From Massalongia carnosa (lineage: Eukaryota): 64,000 bases of DNA. The stretch covers positions 868,001 to 932,000 of the forward strand of contig OZ287084.1 of NCBI GenBank assembly GCA_965645245.1, given 5' to 3'. Below are positions 13,390 to 27,391 of this stretch, piece by piece. The notes beneath the pieces were generated by a model. The model made no database searches and was not told where the DNA came from. It worked only from the letters and a program-made list of their open reading frames with translations. The translations under genes were made by a program, and so were the position numbers. The stretch's first letter is position 1; each line of letters opens with the position of its first letter.

Positions 13390-14121
13390 CTACAGACTTC
13401 TCCCGCCATCAAGCCCCCCCTTCCGCTGTCCATCCGCGTCGAACCCTAGCCCGTCCAGCTGGCGAATGAGCTCGTTGATCCGAATCACCTTCTCGAACTG
13501 CTCTGGCAGCAAATCGCCGCCTTTGTCCTGCTTCTCGCGTAGCTCGCGCGCCTGCCGCAGTTTCTTTTTTAGCGCCCGCGCTTGCTTTTCCCGCTCCGCT
13601 TCCGGGTTGGGGGGCTCGGACGAAGAAGAGGGGGGAGTAGGAAGAGGCGGGGCGTCTGATTCCCGGGTTTTTTGCGCGAGACCGGATGTTAAAGGTGGAG
13701 GAGGTGGAGGAGGAGGAGAAGAAGTGGGTTTCTGCTCCCCATATTTCGGTGTTTCGGACATCTCCTGCGCAACGACGACGCCCTCTTTGGCTTCATCCCC
13801 TGCTTCTTTTGTAGCTCTTTTCCTCGCCTCCCGTCGCTTGGCGTTCTTCGCGTTCACTCCCTTACTCTCCTCGTGCGCTCCTGACCCTGTCACTGCGGCC
13901 GCGCCTGTCACTGCGGCCGCGCCTGGCACGCCTGCGCCGACGCCACGCGTCTTCCAGGCTTCAGCGGTCCGGTTCTTATAGATTTCGACGTCCTCGGGAG
14001 GCTTATAGCCGGGGCGAATCTTAATTTCTTTACGCTTGGACCCATCGGGGCGTGTGGAGGAGGGGATGTGGCGGTCGCCGGATGGAGTGGTGGTTATGCC
14101 GGAGGAGGGGGTAGAGGGCAT
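13390..14121 (-). CDS. PYM1: Partner of Y14 and Mago (PYM/WIBG family)
   Basis: Mago-binding motif HIPSSTRPDGSKRKEIKIRPGY.PPED; C-terminal KKLRQA..L..EQ.EK; internal 18-bp tandem duplication at 13886-13921. Confidence 0.88.
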   Translation of the reverse strand: MPSTPSSGITTTPSGDRHIPSSTRPDGSKRKEIKIRPGYKPPEDVEIYKNRTAEAWKTRGVGAGVPGAAAVTGAAAVTGSGAHEESKGVNAKNAKRREARKRATKEAGDEAKEGVVVAQEMSETPKYGEQKPTSSPPPPPPPPLTSGLAQKTRESDAPPLPTPPSSSSEPPNPEAEREKQARALKKKLRQARELREKQDKGGDLLPEQFEKVIRINELIRQLDGLGFDADGQRKGGLDGGRSL

Positions 14122-14602
14122 TTTTGGGGTTAGAGGTTTGAGGTGGGTTGTAGTTAGTTACTTTGTTTACCACTAGGTGCAGGACCGTTGGATTGGGCAA
14201 TGGACGAATGAGGTAGAAAGAAGAATGGAGCATGTACTTTCGTATATAGCGAGATATGAGATACTTTAGAAGAAGTGCTAGAGGTGAGGCATTGAGTTGA
14301 GTGTGTCAGTATTGTCCTGGCGGAACATTGGATTCTGTGATATATGATATAATACCTGGCTTGTTCGGAGTTCAGGCTTCGTGGAGCGGTATTGAAATAT
14401 ATTAGTTCTTGTTTTGAAACAAGTGTTGGCATCTTAGGAAACTGTAATTTAGCCAATCAGCGCTTGGCGGACTTGGAGTTCCCTGGAATATCCTCCTCTT
14501 CCGAACCTCTACTTACAGGCAGCTCATCTACTTCAACACCGTATACGGCACTCTCTCTTTTCATCACCGTCTCACCTAGGTGCAGCAGTCTTTGCCCCCA
14601 AA

Positions 14603-15025
14603 ATGTCGGGCGTACGTAGACTGTCTTTCTGTTATCAAGTCAACTGCTAATGGAGCCATATCCTAGATTGCTTCTGGTCTCTACAAGCAAGTTCAACGAA
14701 CGCATGGGAGAGTTCTTACGGCTAACGTTGGTCTAGCTCCATATTTCGGAGAAACCAAGTCTTCCTGGCTTCTGTATTTGTTGGCGCATTTACGTTCGAA
14801 CTGTAAGCCGCTTCAGCTCCGTGCAGTGAACATAAACATGGGCAAATCCTTATGAACATGACTTGTAGTGCCTTCGACAACATAATGACGAGATTATGGG
14901 ATGCTAACAACAGAGGGGTATGTTGAAGCTCATTAGTGTTGACGAGAAGGAACGGTCTTTGCTGACGCCATCTGCAGCGACAATGGAAGGATATTCGGCA
15001 CAAGTACATTGAGGATGACGGTTAA
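14603..15025 (+). CDS. QCR9: Cytochrome b-c1 complex subunit 9 (63 aa, 5 exons)
   Basis: Exons 14603-14611, 14667-14686, 14737-14802, 14869-14917 and 14978-15025 splice to MSGIASGLYNSIFRRNQVFLASVFVGAFTFELAFDNIMTRLWDANNRGRQWKDIRHKYIEDDG*, with the UQCR10 signature WD..N.GRQWKDI. Confidence 0.93.
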
Positions 15026-15600
15026 GGGTAGAGGTGCATCCGAGGTAGTGGAAAGACGATGAGGCCTCATTGATAGATCAATAAATCACGCGGGTAGCAA
15101 AGGAAAGAAGAGTATGATTCCATAAGCTGGGAGAGATGTCTCTTTGACGACTCCCCAGCCGTAAGGCTGATAGGCGCTGCACTTGCTTGCTTGTATAGAT
15201 TCGGAGGAAATTACAAATTCGTGTAACGTGTATCTATGATTTGCAGATGTAAAGTAACTGTCGCTTTAGCATCATTGTTTATGTACATATTACAAGTGCC
15301 GAAACTGAAGAATCCTTATCCACCAAAAACTCGCTTCGCACTGTATACAAAAACATTACTCTTGCTCAAAGAGTCCCGTGGTCTTAGAACTTGAGAATTC
15401 GCAGGGTGTCATCATACTTCCGAAGCGGGATCGACATGCTCTGTATGATCAAGAGGTTCAGACCAAAACTTTAGCTGCATGTTGACCGGTCTGGAACCAG
15501 CTTTGTCCTCTACCGACGTACAAATCTTTGGAGTCCTTACATTCGAAAAAAATAGTACCAGAACCCACAAGGCCTTAGCGTGAAGCCTGATGCTTAGACG

Positions 15601-18600
15601 ATGCTTGTGACAAGTCGCGAGCGGCGCCTTTGCCAGGTTCTTCGGGACCTACCAGAAAAGTTTGGATACCGGTATACCCCTACTGCAAGTCAAGCTCTAC
15701 AGCAAGCGCTGTTTCGCTCCTTGGTGGCCGACAATAATGGCTACCTCCAGAGCCTCTTCAATGGGCGCATCCCTCGGATATACGAAGACTGGGAGCTACG
15801 GAAAGCACAGGGCATGGTGGAAGGTGCAGAATACACAGAGGGTGCGAGGGGCAAAGCTTGTGGACATATCTTTAAAAGTGGGGAGGCTACTTATCGATGC
15901 AAAACATGCACCTTGGACGATACGTGTGTACTCTGCAATAGATGTTTCGAGTCTTCGGATCATGCGGAGCACATTGTGTACGTAAACATTTCGCCGGGCA
16001 ACACCGGCTGTTGCGACTGTGGGGATGCTGAAGCTTGGAGAATTCCTGTCAATTGTGCCATACATACTACAACGGTATCGAATGCATCTGGGAAGAGGAG
16101 ACAATCCTCGACTCTCCCGGACGACTTGATGGAAAGCGTCAAGATGACTATTGCACGCGCTATCGATTACATTTGCGATGTCATATCATGCTCCCCCGAG
16201 CAGCTTCGCTTGCAGAAAACGGAGGAAACTATCAGACAAGACGAACGGCTCTCTTATCTTGCCTCGAAATGGTACGAAGAAGCCGAAGACCTCAACCCTG
16301 AATTTGCCTTGATACTTTGGAATGACGAGAAACATACCGTAGAAGAAGTGCAAAATCAAGTGGCAAGGGCTTGCAGAATGAAGCTTCAGTTTGGGCTTGA
16401 GAAGGCTAATGAAACCAATAATATGGGACGCAGTGTTGTTGAATACTCACGTGATGTTCATCATCTCCTCCGCATATCGAAAATCATCGAAGCAATCAAG
16501 ATCACAGTTACCATCCGGTCCTCAAGAGATACGTTCCGAGAGCAAATGTGCGGGACATTAATTGAGTGGCTTGTCGATATTGCGGGATGCCGTATCAGAG
16601 AGGAATATGACATTCTACGACAGACCGTATGCCAGGAGATGCTAAAAGTATGGCGCACTGGAAGCGGAGCAGCAAATTCCAAAGTTGGTAAATGTGGCAT
16701 CGATGATCATGAGGTTGAGGAATTGGCTAAGCTGAGCGACTTTGTGCTAGCTCAAGTAGCACGCCGAGATGCCCTAACTGGCCGTCTGAGATCAGTCGGA
16801 ATAGGAAGCGATTCCGACGTAGACACTAATGACGATGATGAAGATGGAGACGATGAAGCAGATAGTCTAACCAATGATGATGAAATGGAATTAGACCTAG
16901 AACTGGTCGGGGACCCTGATCAAGACCTTGAGATGCGAAGTGCAGGAGAACTCGAGGATGAGACGGAAGTTTCCGAAGCGACATACGCTGGGTATCCTCC
17001 TCCGCCTCCACCACCACCAGCGCCGCCTCAGCATCTCAGGCTTCATGACTCTTTGCGAACCTTTTCCGACTCCGATAGCGGCGACCCTTACATGAACTCG
17101 TCTATTGCCTCGAGGGCAAACATTGGAATCCCAAGAACACCATGGCAACGGAGAAGAAAATTAGCCTCTCGTCCGCCAAACTACTGGCTGGAGCAGCCGG
17201 AAGGATATTCTTCCCGGGATCCAGTACCTCTGCATGAGGATCTCCGCCAACGTGTCCGACTAGATTGGATGATATTGTTTGACCTAAGATTATGGAAGAA
17301 AGCTCGTGTCGACCTGCGGGAGCTGTACATTAGCACAGTTGTTTCAGTACCTGAGTTCAAGCGCATCCTCGGTCTTAGGTTTGCAGGATTATACACTGTA
17401 TTAGCACAGCTGTACTTGATTGCTGATCGAGAGCCTGACCACTCAATAATCAATCTATCTTTGCAAATGCTAACGACTCCATCAATCACGGAAGAGATTG
17501 TTGAGCGTGGCAACTTTCTGACCAATCTCATGGCCATTCTTTACACATTCCTTACAACTCGTCAAGTCGGCCATCCATGGGAGATACGGACCAATGCTAC
17601 GCTGGCATTCGACGCTGGCTCTGTTGCTAATCGACGGATGTACCATTTCTTCCTGGATTTGAAGTATCTCTTTGGATCCGGATACGTTCAGCACAAGCTC
17701 CGCACTGAGGAGAGATATATTCTTCAGTTTCTTGATTTGATCAGGCTTCCCCAAGGAATCTGCCCTAACGTTCGGGCAGTTGGGGATCATGTGGAGTATG
17801 AAACGGATGCCTGGATCAGTGCCTCGTTACTCACAAGAGAAATTAACAAACTTTGCCGCCAGTTTGCAGAGTCCTTCAAATGGCAGAAAGGGGAGGAGCA
17901 ATTGAATTTGTCAAGGGTGATCCGCACTGTAGCGAAATCTGCGGTCATCAATGCAATCGGCGCAGAGCGTGTTCGCTTTCATCATGCGGAGGTCAAAACC
18001 GAGACGAGATTCAAGAAACTTTATCCTTTTGAGTTCGATGCTGATGCCCATGGATTCGCCCTACAGTATTCAGTGGTCGATTTCGTGGTGGAAAAAGAGC
18101 CCATTAGCTTTCACCATGCCCTTCACTATACCCTTTCTTGGCTTATTGACCGGGGCAAGAGTATGACGCCTGAGAAATTGAGAGCGTTGCTACGATTTAC
18201 AACTAAGGAGCTGAAGGAGCCGCCGCCCTATAAAGCCCTTGTACCCGATCACGACCCGGAGAGCTACTTGATGGCTCTGTTTGACTCACCTCTTCGAGTT
18301 TGCGCTTGGCTGGCTCAGATGAAGGCAGGTATGTGGGTGCGTAATGGTTTAAGCCTGCGACATCAGATGGGCACCTATCGTGGCGTCTCTCATCGGGATC
18401 TAGCCCATCATCGCGATATTTTCTTGCTGCAAGTCGCACTAGTCATTTGTAACCCAAGCAGGGTCTTAGCCTCAATAATTGAACGCTTCGGGATGGATGA
18501 CTGGATGAGAGGGATTTATGTTATACGAGCTGGCTACGAGCCTGGTCAGCTACTAGATGTTGCAGAAGATTTCATCCATCTGATGATCGTTCTCCTAAGT

Positions 18601-21600
18601 GACAGGACTTCGTTGCTACCACTGGAGGATGAACCAAGCCCCCAGTTGCTCGCTATCCGTCGGGATATAGCTCATATCCTTTGTTTCAAGCCACTGTCCT
18701 TCTCTGACTTAAGTAATAGACTAGCAGACAAGTTTGAAGATCTTGAAGAGTTTCAGCAGATTTTGGATGAAATGACGAATTTCCGAGCTCCGGAAGGTTT
18801 GTCAGACTCCGGTACATTCGAGCTTAAGCAGGAGTATCTTGGAGGTGTTGATCCTTATATTGCTCATTATAGCAAGAACCAGCGAGACGAAGCTGAGCAT
18901 GCGTGTCGCACCTGGACCGCCAAGAGGACTGGAAAACCCATTGCTGAAGTGGTCCTAGAGCCGCGACTTCGCAAAATAACATCCGGAGTTTTCAAGAACC
19001 TCTCTGCGTTTACCAGCACCCCGCTTTTCTCACAGGTTATATACTACTCTTTGCACTCTCTGCACTCTCAAATGTTATCCGAAGTTCCAAACACTCGAGT
19101 CGAGGCCTTTTTACAAGTTGTATTGCATCTTATGCTCATCGCTATTCTTGAAGACACTTCTGATGAGGATGATGACGACGCACCTGAACAATCATTTGTC
19201 TATTGTGCACTGTGCAAGAATGCTCAAGGAGGGAGTTCTGTTCCATCAATATTCACAATCTTGGTCAAGCTCCTTGGGCTTGAGGAAGTCAAAGGTTGTC
19301 ACCCAAAGATACGTCTTATAATGCATCGTCTCCAGCGGCGCCGTCCCCGTACTTTTACTTCTACCATCGCGCAGTTGTATGCTGCTCATAACGTGTCTCA
19401 GGCTATCTCCCTTGATATTCTGGGTTTCGAGTCCCCCAGAACCCCTCTTGCTGATGACCAAGAGGTGAAGCATAAGCAAGCTCTTGAGTTGCAGGAAGCA
19501 AAGAAACAACAAGCGTTAGCCAGGCAAGCTAAGGTGATGGCACAATTTCAGCGACAGCAGCAGAATTTTTTGGACAATCAAGATAACATCAATTGGGGGG
19601 AGGAGGATTTCGACGATCTCGAATCTGTCGCGACAGGTACGACCGAGGAGCACAAGAAAGTTTGGAAGTACCCAACAGGCAATTGTATCTTGTGTCAAGA
19701 GGAGACGAACGACACCCGATTGTATGGAACTTTTGCTCTTGTAATGAACAGCAACATTCTGCGACAAACAGACCTAAACGATCCTGATTTCGTCAGCGAA
19801 GTCTTAGCGACACCTCATAGTCTGGACCGGTCAGCAGAAGGAATACGGCCTTTTGGCATCGCTGGACAAAATCGTCGAAACATCGTAAAACTTGCTTCCA
19901 GTGGGCAAGAGATCATTGCCGAGCATCAAGGTCTTGGAAAGGGGTTCCCAGTGCAGCACTGCGTAAGAGGGCCTGTCTCGACTGGCTGTGGGCATATTAT
20001 GCACTATGCTTGCTTCGAGCTGTACTGCGGCGCCACTCAACGCCGACAGCATAATCAGATCGCTAGAAATCACCCCGAACGGATTGAAAAGAAGGAATTT
20101 GTATGTCCGCTGTGCAAAGCGCTCGGTAATACATTCCTCCCCATCATTTGGAGAGGCAAAGAGGAGCTCTATCCAGGAGCGCTCCAGACAGAGGTCCCGT
20201 TCAAAGATTGGCTTGACTCAAGTATTGGCTTAACCGTCTCACGGTTTCACAAGCGCACAGCGGTCGACGATCGCTATCAACAGCTTTTCGTCAACTACAC
20301 GGCAAGGGCCGTGATACCACCTTTAGCAGGCAGGCTTACCCAATTAGTCCAGTCAGAGCCAGCAGGTCCAATCTCACCTGTACACTCCAGCAGAAATTCA
20401 GCGCCAGGGCCCTTTCCATTCGACGAAGCATGTAGTATAGCTGCACCTAGCCATCCCCTCAACCCCGAATCCCTCTTGTTGGATGAGCTCGTTTCAATAT
20501 ATGATCGTTTACGCGACTCCATTAAAGCCAATGGCCTCCCTTCTCGATTCTCATACCCTGCCAAACCCCCCGATGTCATTGAAGATCTAACTCATACAGA
20601 TACAATTGCTAGAACGCTTGGATTTTCCATTGCAGCGACCGAAATTGCTCAACGCGGCGTACAGTCTGAACCTGGGCTCAACTTACTTGACAAGATTCCC
20701 ACCCTGGCGTTAGCCCACTTGCGCATGCTGTCTGAAACCGCCTCGTCTTACATCGCCATAGGAGGGATGCGGAGCATCGGAGTTAATAGTTCGGCGAAAG
20801 AATTCTTCGATACAAACAGCCATCAGTTATTGCAACTTTTTGCAGGTCACCCCCAGATTTGTAAGACCGACTCCGATGCATGGATCAAGGCTCGACTGCC
20901 ATCTGCCCTCATGCAAGATGCTTTCGTTTTCCTTGCAGAATGTTCGATTTGCCTTGTTCCGGCATTCAACTTGGACATTCACCACATCATCCACCTGTGT
21001 TATCTTCTGGAGCTTACCCGCATTGCCTTGAATCTGCTGACTATGGATGCGTCATTTTTGTCCGATGTAATTTTGGAAGGGAATGATGGTGATATAGCTC
21101 CCGACGACCTCGCAGCCTTCAATGGATTCATATATCGCATTCGCAGCTTTCTAGGGCACCAGCATCCTGTGGATCACACTGAGTTATCTCCAGCCTATTC
21201 CCGTTTCTGCTATAAGGCTTTCTGCGCGTATGCTTTACCGTTTTTGCGCAAAGCTACTATCCTTCTTCATGTTCGATATGGCGTTGATTTTCCTAATACC
21301 GGGTTCACAGATATTGACGAGACCGAGCTAGATCGCCTGACCAAAGCGTTGCGGCTCCCCCCGCTCCCCAGCATATTCGCCATGATCGGCGGAGATAAAA
21401 AATATGAGGATCTGTCCGTCCCCCAGATGATGGTGGCCGGTTGGATCGAACACTGCAGCCACGCGTCAGCGAATGGAAACGGTCTCAGGCTCAGTCATCC
21501 TGGGATCTTTGAGCTGATCGGACTGCCCAAGCATTACGACACCCTAACCCACGAGGCTATGAAATGTCGGTGTCCAAATACCGGAAAGGATCTTATTGAT

Positions 21601-22110
21601 CCAACACTCTGCCTCTTCTGCGGCGACATCTTCTGTAGCCAAGCAAGTTGCTGCTACAAGGACGGCAAAGGTGGCTGCAACCAACATATGAGAAAGTAAG
21701 CGATTGGCTTTCCCCTTCCTCTTCATATAGTCACTCCCCCAATTCCCCTTTCTACCAGCGTTTCAGAAGCATCTCTCATCGCCGCCCCTTCCCTCCGGCA
21801 GGGATCTAAACATGTAATAAACTAATTTCTCTCTCCCCATAGCTGCGCCATTGACACCGGTCTCTTCATCAACATCCGCAAATGCATGGTTCTATACCTG
21901 CACTCCAATAATGGCAGCTGGGCCCACGCCCCCTACCTTGACAAGCATGGGGAGGTTGACCCCGGCCTTCGCCGGAACCGGCAGCTCTTCCTCAACCAAA
22001 AGCGCTATGACGCCCTCTTTCGCACCGTCTGGCTGCAGCATGGGATTCCAACTATGATCAGCCGAAAACTAGAGGCGGATATCAACAATGGGGGGTGGGA
22101 GACGTTATGA
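15601..22110 (+). CDS. UBR1: N-end rule E3 ubiquitin ligase
   Basis: UBR box (CGHIFK.GE..YRC..C..D.TCVLC..CF...GCCDCGD.EAW), ClpS-like LWNDEKHT, split RING (CILCQE...CGHIMH..C...CPLCK), C-terminal APYLDKHGE.D; intron 21697-21842. Confidence 0.97.
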
Positions 22111-22968
22111 AGGGGGTTGAGTTTTTCTTATTCTGTAAGCAAGGGATTGGCAAAGGGACAGGCGGGAACTCTGGACCTTCCGGTGCCGGGTATAAGGGGG
22201 AGGAGGTGTAAAAATTCCAGTTATTCATAAAGACGACACGATCTCCATGTTCCGGGCTGAGTGGCCAGGAATTCAACGTTTCACGAGAACATAGCAGGAT
22301 CCGAGTTTTGCAGGCGTTATATGTATCCTTCCGGTTTTCAAAATAAGTGCCACGGCGTGGGCGGGCGCGGGTTTGGGTCTGGTCAGGTCTGGTCCGGTCT
22401 GGTCGGCGGTGTTCCGGGAAAAGGAAAGGAAGGGTTCATTCATCTGCCTACCTATGCGTGTGCCTGCTAATAGGATATTTCCACATGCTCTCGCTCTCGC
22501 TCCTCTCTTCGTCTTCGTTCTTCTTCTCGCGATGGGAAGCTGGGGTGGTTTTGGAGGGTAAAGGGGGGGGGGAGGATTGGCGGGGAGGAAAGGGAGCTAT
22601 ATGCGTGTATGTATGTATGTAGCTTACCCAAATCACGATCCGATAGGAATGCGCTACTAGCGCGGAATTAGAAGAGGGTTATTCGTGTGAAGGGGTTTTT
22701 CAAACTCGTGTGCTTTTGTTTTGCTTGCGTAGTTACTTGCTGGGGGAAATAAGTTATATGGGCCTAGTAGGTGGAGGGGGTTTCTTGGAAGTAGATAGGT
22801 AAATATGTCTGAAATGTGCGAATTGTGAACTTGTACGGATCTCGGCGCTGCATGTCACCCCTTTAGAACCTATCTATTTCTGGAAGAAAAAAACACTTAC
22901 CACCATAGCAGGCAGGTAGACATCTGGGTCAAAAGAATTCCAGCTCCGTCACAAGTCCCAGCTAAGTT

Positions 22969-24738
22969 TCAACCCCCTTCTATCTCCTCGTCCTCATCCG
23001 CCACCCCCTCGTTGTCCTCCCCATCATCATCACCATCGCTATCGCCATCGCCATCGCCATCGTTCCCCTTCCCCACCCTCTCCCACACCCTCACAGTCCA
23101 ATCTACGCCCCCGCTGACTACCAACCCGCCTCCGGCTCCCGCCCTACCCCACGTGTCAACACCCAGCACCACCCCCTCGTGACCCCCCTCCCGCTGTAGC
23201 ACCTCTTTGCTCTGCACATCCCACCACACGACCATGCCGTCCTCGCTCCCGCTGACCACGAACGCCTGGCTCTCCAGTCCTCTGGCTCTTCCTTTATGCC
23301 CGGGGCCACCAGCATCGTCGTCGTCGTCATCGTCGTCGTCATCCGCGCCATACGTCCCGAACGCGCCGCTCAAGCTAAATTTGAGGTTCGTGTGGCCCTG
23401 GTACGTCTTGACGCAGCGGCCGTCGACGTAGTTCCAGAGCCGCACGCACGAGTCCAAGGTCCATGCCAGGACGAACTTGCCGTTTGGCGAGAAGCGGACG
23501 CTGGTGACGGGGGCGTTGTCATCGTGTACAAGGGTGCGGAGACATTGGCCCGTCGCGGTGTCCCAGATACGTCTGTTTTCAGAGATTAGGAAGGCGGGGT
23601 TAGGTTTGGATGGTTTCTTCTGATGGTTGCTGTGTAAAGGGCGCTGGGTGGTTTATAGGTTTCCCGAATAGAGGGAAACAAGAGGGGATGGGTTATAATT
23701 TGATCGCGGGCGTAGGATACATCTAAGAAAGGAAGAAAGAAACTCACATCAAACCGTCGCCTGCACAACTGACAATGAGGGTACCGTCGCGGATAAAGTC
23801 CACGCCGCCGACGGGATCAGAATGCGCGGGCAAAGAGCGCATGACCCGCGCAGCGCGGACGTCCCAGAGGAAAACGGCTTCGTCGTAGGAGCCACTGACG
23901 AGCATATTTCCTTTGGGGGAGAAGGCAAGGGAATAGATGTAATTATGGTGGCCAAGCAGGGCTTTCGGGTAGGGTTTCCCCTTTGGAAGAATGTCAGTTT
24001 GTGTAAGGGGTGAAATGGAGAGGCATTGGGGAGTGAGGAGAGGGGGGAAATCACAGTAGATGCGTCCCATAACCGAATTGCCTTGTCATCGGATCCAGAT
24101 GCTAGGGTTTTGGAATCGGGGCTCCAGGCGATTGTCGAGATGCCGGCGAGGTGGCCTTCAAGTGTATGCAAATGCTTGCCAGTGACGGTGTCCCATATTC
24201 TAATCGTAGCGTCAGCGGCTGGCCGTAAAGTTCGGTCAGCTATCGGCTCAGCGCGCCTTTCTCGCAAGAGGATTCTTTACTCACAGCAGCTTGCAATGGA
24301 TCGCCCATCGGGGGAGAAGCGCACGGCGGCCACCCCTCTCCTGTGGCCCCGCAAGACCATTTTCTGCTTATACCGCACATACTGCGGTGTCTTTCTGGGT
24401 GGCGTCGCCAGTCTAGGGGTGACAAGTTGGCTCTGGGTGGAGGGGGCATCTCGCGACTGCCGCTGGCTTCGATTCCATCCGTCGCGGTAAAAGGTGTGGA
24501 TGGTGTGATCGAGCTCATCAGGACTATCTTCGGAGGAGGAACCGCCGTAGCTTCGACGTCGGAGCTGCTCTGCAGGATCTCGATGGGGAACAGAGTTGGT
24601 TCGTTGATGGTAGGAGATTTCATGGTCAGAGCTGGCGGCCAATTCGTCTGGAGAACTGTAGCGAGCGTCATTGCCGTTAACACGCCGTCTTTTGGGGGAT
24701 CGGCTATGCTTGACGTCTGGGTCTGAGTCTTCAAGCAT
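22969..24738 (-). CDS. SWD3: WD40-repeat protein, WDR5/Swd3 (COMPASS) type
   Basis: GH...WD repeats with GHLAGISTIAWSPD, GHHNYIYSLAFSPKGN.LVSGSYDE, AHSDPV, TGQCLRTL, CVKTYQGH.N; four exons. Confidence 0.8.
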
Positions 24739-25117
24739 TTCCAGTTGGATGTAAACTGAGTGCTGGACAATATACGTGAGTGACGAATGGAGTGCTTTGG
24801 TGAGAGTACTGTTGCTTCACAAGTGAATATATACAAACTGTTAGATGCCGGCGCAGGAGAAAGGTGATAGGGCTGAGGAAGTCCCATTTCTGACCTCATC
24901 TTGAGCATCTATATAAGAAGATCAACTCTCGCCTTCATTTGTCCTTTCTTCTCTTCGCTTTCCTTTAATAAGTCTCTTCCTTCTTCCTTCTGCATTCTGT
25001 GCATGAGTTGGGCTTTTCCATAAAAATCTTGTCAATGCAATATATGATGTTCCTTTAAGCATCTTGTTCGACACTCGGTGTATGTACATCTGTCGGACCT
25101 TTCAAGTCCTGTAAAAT

Positions 25118-26503
25118 ATGAGTTGTTCACTTGAGTCTCCTTCAACTATAAACCTTCTCACATACAATTGCTGGGATCTTAAATACATCGCCAAAGTCCG
25201 CATCGAACGCCTGGACGAGATCGCCAAGCGCCTTGCCACTGCAGATCCAACCCCCGAGATTGTTGGCTTGCAAGAATGCTTCACGCAGGAAAACTACGAG
25301 AAAATCCGCCGCCATACCGCACACATCCTGCCATATGGGAAATTCTACCACAGCGGCATTTTCGGCGGTGGCCTCGTTATCCTCTCCAAATGGCCTATTG
25401 AGGAGTCGACCATGGTTCGCTACCCCCTGAACGGCCGTCCAACAGCCTTCTTCCGTGGGGACTGGTTTGTAGGGAAGGGTGTTGCCTGCGCCAGCATTAG
25501 GTTCGGGTCTCGCAACGATGATGTTGCCGAAGTGTTCTGCACCCATCTTCACGCCCCCTACGAGAGCGAGCCCAATGACTCCTACCTCTGCCATCGCACC
25601 GCGCAAGCATGGGAAATCGCCAAACTCATGCGCGGCGCCGCGGAGAAGGGCCATTTAGTCATCGGAATGGGCGACTTCAATATGGTCCCACTATCGCTTG
25701 CGCACCAGCTGATCACAACCCACGCGCCGGTCCAAGATGCATGGAGAGCGTTGCATCCGGAGTCCTCCCTGGGTGCCGCGAATCACCCTGCCGAACGGAA
25801 ACGAGGCCGCCCCATTCCCAACGCGCAGTATAATATCACCGAAAATGGGGCGACGTGCGACAGCGCGCTGAACACGTGGCGGTGGACCAAGGAACAACAG
25901 AAGCGCCTGTTCCGCGGGAAGAACATCTTCGTGGACCCGAAAACCCCAGACCCAGGAGCGAAACGGCTCGATTACATCTTCATCGGCAACGGCACCCGAT
26001 CCCTCGACTCCCATGCTCCTACCTGGGAGGTGCGGAGCATCCATCTAGGCATGACGGACCGCCACCCTACGCTCGGCTGCTCCCTCAGCGATCATTTCTC
26101 CATCGAAGCCACCATCTCCCGCGACGCAACCCCTCTCCACCCCCTTTCCCCTTCCCCTTCCCCCCCTCTTCCTCCTCCTTCAACACGCCACCTCCTCCCC
26201 TCAACCTACACCTCCATTCTCTCCCTGATAACAACTTACATTCTCCGCGAACGCGCCCAACGGCGCTGGCGCCTCGTCCACTTCCTCGCCTCCATCGGGG
26301 TCTCCCTCGGCTGCCTCACGGCGAGCTGGTGGGCACCGCGGCCGTTTGTGGCATTTTTGCTGATGCTGCTCAGCACGGTGGGGTTCGGAACGGGAATGCT
26401 GGACGGGCTGATCGGGGGGCTGTTTGTCGGGTCGGAGATGCGGGCTTTGAAGGAGTTTGAATGGGAGATTGGGAATGCGAAAGGAAGGACTGAGGAGGGG
26501 TAG
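25118..26503 (+). CDS. ISC1: Inositol phosphosphingolipid phospholipase C / neutral sphingomyelinase
   Basis: EEP-fold motifs GLQE, FFRGDWFVGKG, THLHAPY, GDFN, RLDYIF, SDH; two C-terminal TM segments. Confidence 0.92.
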   Translation: MSCSLESPSTINLLTYNCWDLKYIAKVRIERLDEIAKRLATADPTPEIVGLQECFTQENYEKIRRHTAHILPYGKFYHSGIFGGGLVILSKWPIEESTMVRYPLNGRPTAFFRGDWFVGKGVACASIRFGSRNDDVAEVFCTHLHAPYESEPNDSYLCHRTAQAWEIAKLMRGAAEKGHLVIGMGDFNMVPLSLAHQLITTHAPVQDAWRALHPESSLGAANHPAERKRGRPIPNAQYNITENGATCDSALNTWRWTKEQQKRLFRGKNIFVDPKTPDPGAKRLDYIFIGNGTRSLDSHAPTWEVRSIHLGMTDRHPTLGCSLSDHFSIEATISRDATPLHPLSPSPSPPLPPPSTRHLLPSTYTSILSLITTYILRERAQRRWRLVHFLASIGVSLGCLTASWWAPRPFVAFLLMLLSTVGFGTGMLDGLIGGLFVGSEMRALKEFEWEIGNAKGRTEEG

Positions 26504-27391
26504 GCGAGGGAGAAGGGAGAGGGAGAGGGGAGGCAAGAGGGAGCGTCGGCTAGCTAGGTTGGGGCAAAGGGGTATGACTGGGTGGGAGGGAGGAACAGTG
26601 TCAATGAACGAGAAGCCACAAACTTCCTCGTCGCTCTCTCCACATTCCATCAACGACCAAACTAGTGGTACCGCAACCCTTCAAGCGAACCTATCTCCCT
26701 GCCCTTTTCCTTTTCCTTTTCCTTCAGCCCCTCCAGCATCCCCCCGCACCCCAAATTTCCCATTTCCCGCCAAGACCTTTGGTAGAATACCCAGTCAACG
26801 TAGCTATTTTTCTATCCGGCTATGTAGATACCTACCTACCTATTATGTTCGGTGCATCGATAGATGGAAGGAAGGAGATGGTAAGGTTGAGATTGAGGGA
26901 TTGGGAGATCTGTTTATCAATCGATCAATCGATCAAGCAAGCGGGCCGAGGCTGCGGGGGGGGGATAGATACGAAATCTGAGAGGTTGAGGGCTTAGGAG
27001 GTAAGTAAGGGATAAGGATAGAATGCGAAAACTAAGAAGGGAGAGAAGGGAGAAAGGGGCAGGGGCAGGGGGATTTCAATGATGCGGGGTGGGAAATCTA
27101 CCGTAAGAGAGAGTGAGAGAGAGTGAGAGAGAGGCGTGGGTTAGGGAAAGTGAGTTGGATTGAATTGCATTGAAAGGGAGTGATGGATATCATGGAGAAT
27201 GGGTATTTAAGAATGCCGGCCTCCTCTCGCAACGCCGATGCCATCAGTAAAAAGTCCCTTGTAGGGAGGAAGAAAAGAAGGAACGCGAAACTCCATGTAC
27301 GGCAAAACATGCAGGCACCCATGTCCCAACCCAACTAATAAAGCTGCGGGTAATTGGGGTGGGGGGGGGTGGGGGGAAGTCTAGTCAAGCG

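Noticed and set aside
14722..15009. 95-aa minus-strand ORF
   Set aside because: Antisense to the QCR9 exons and introns.
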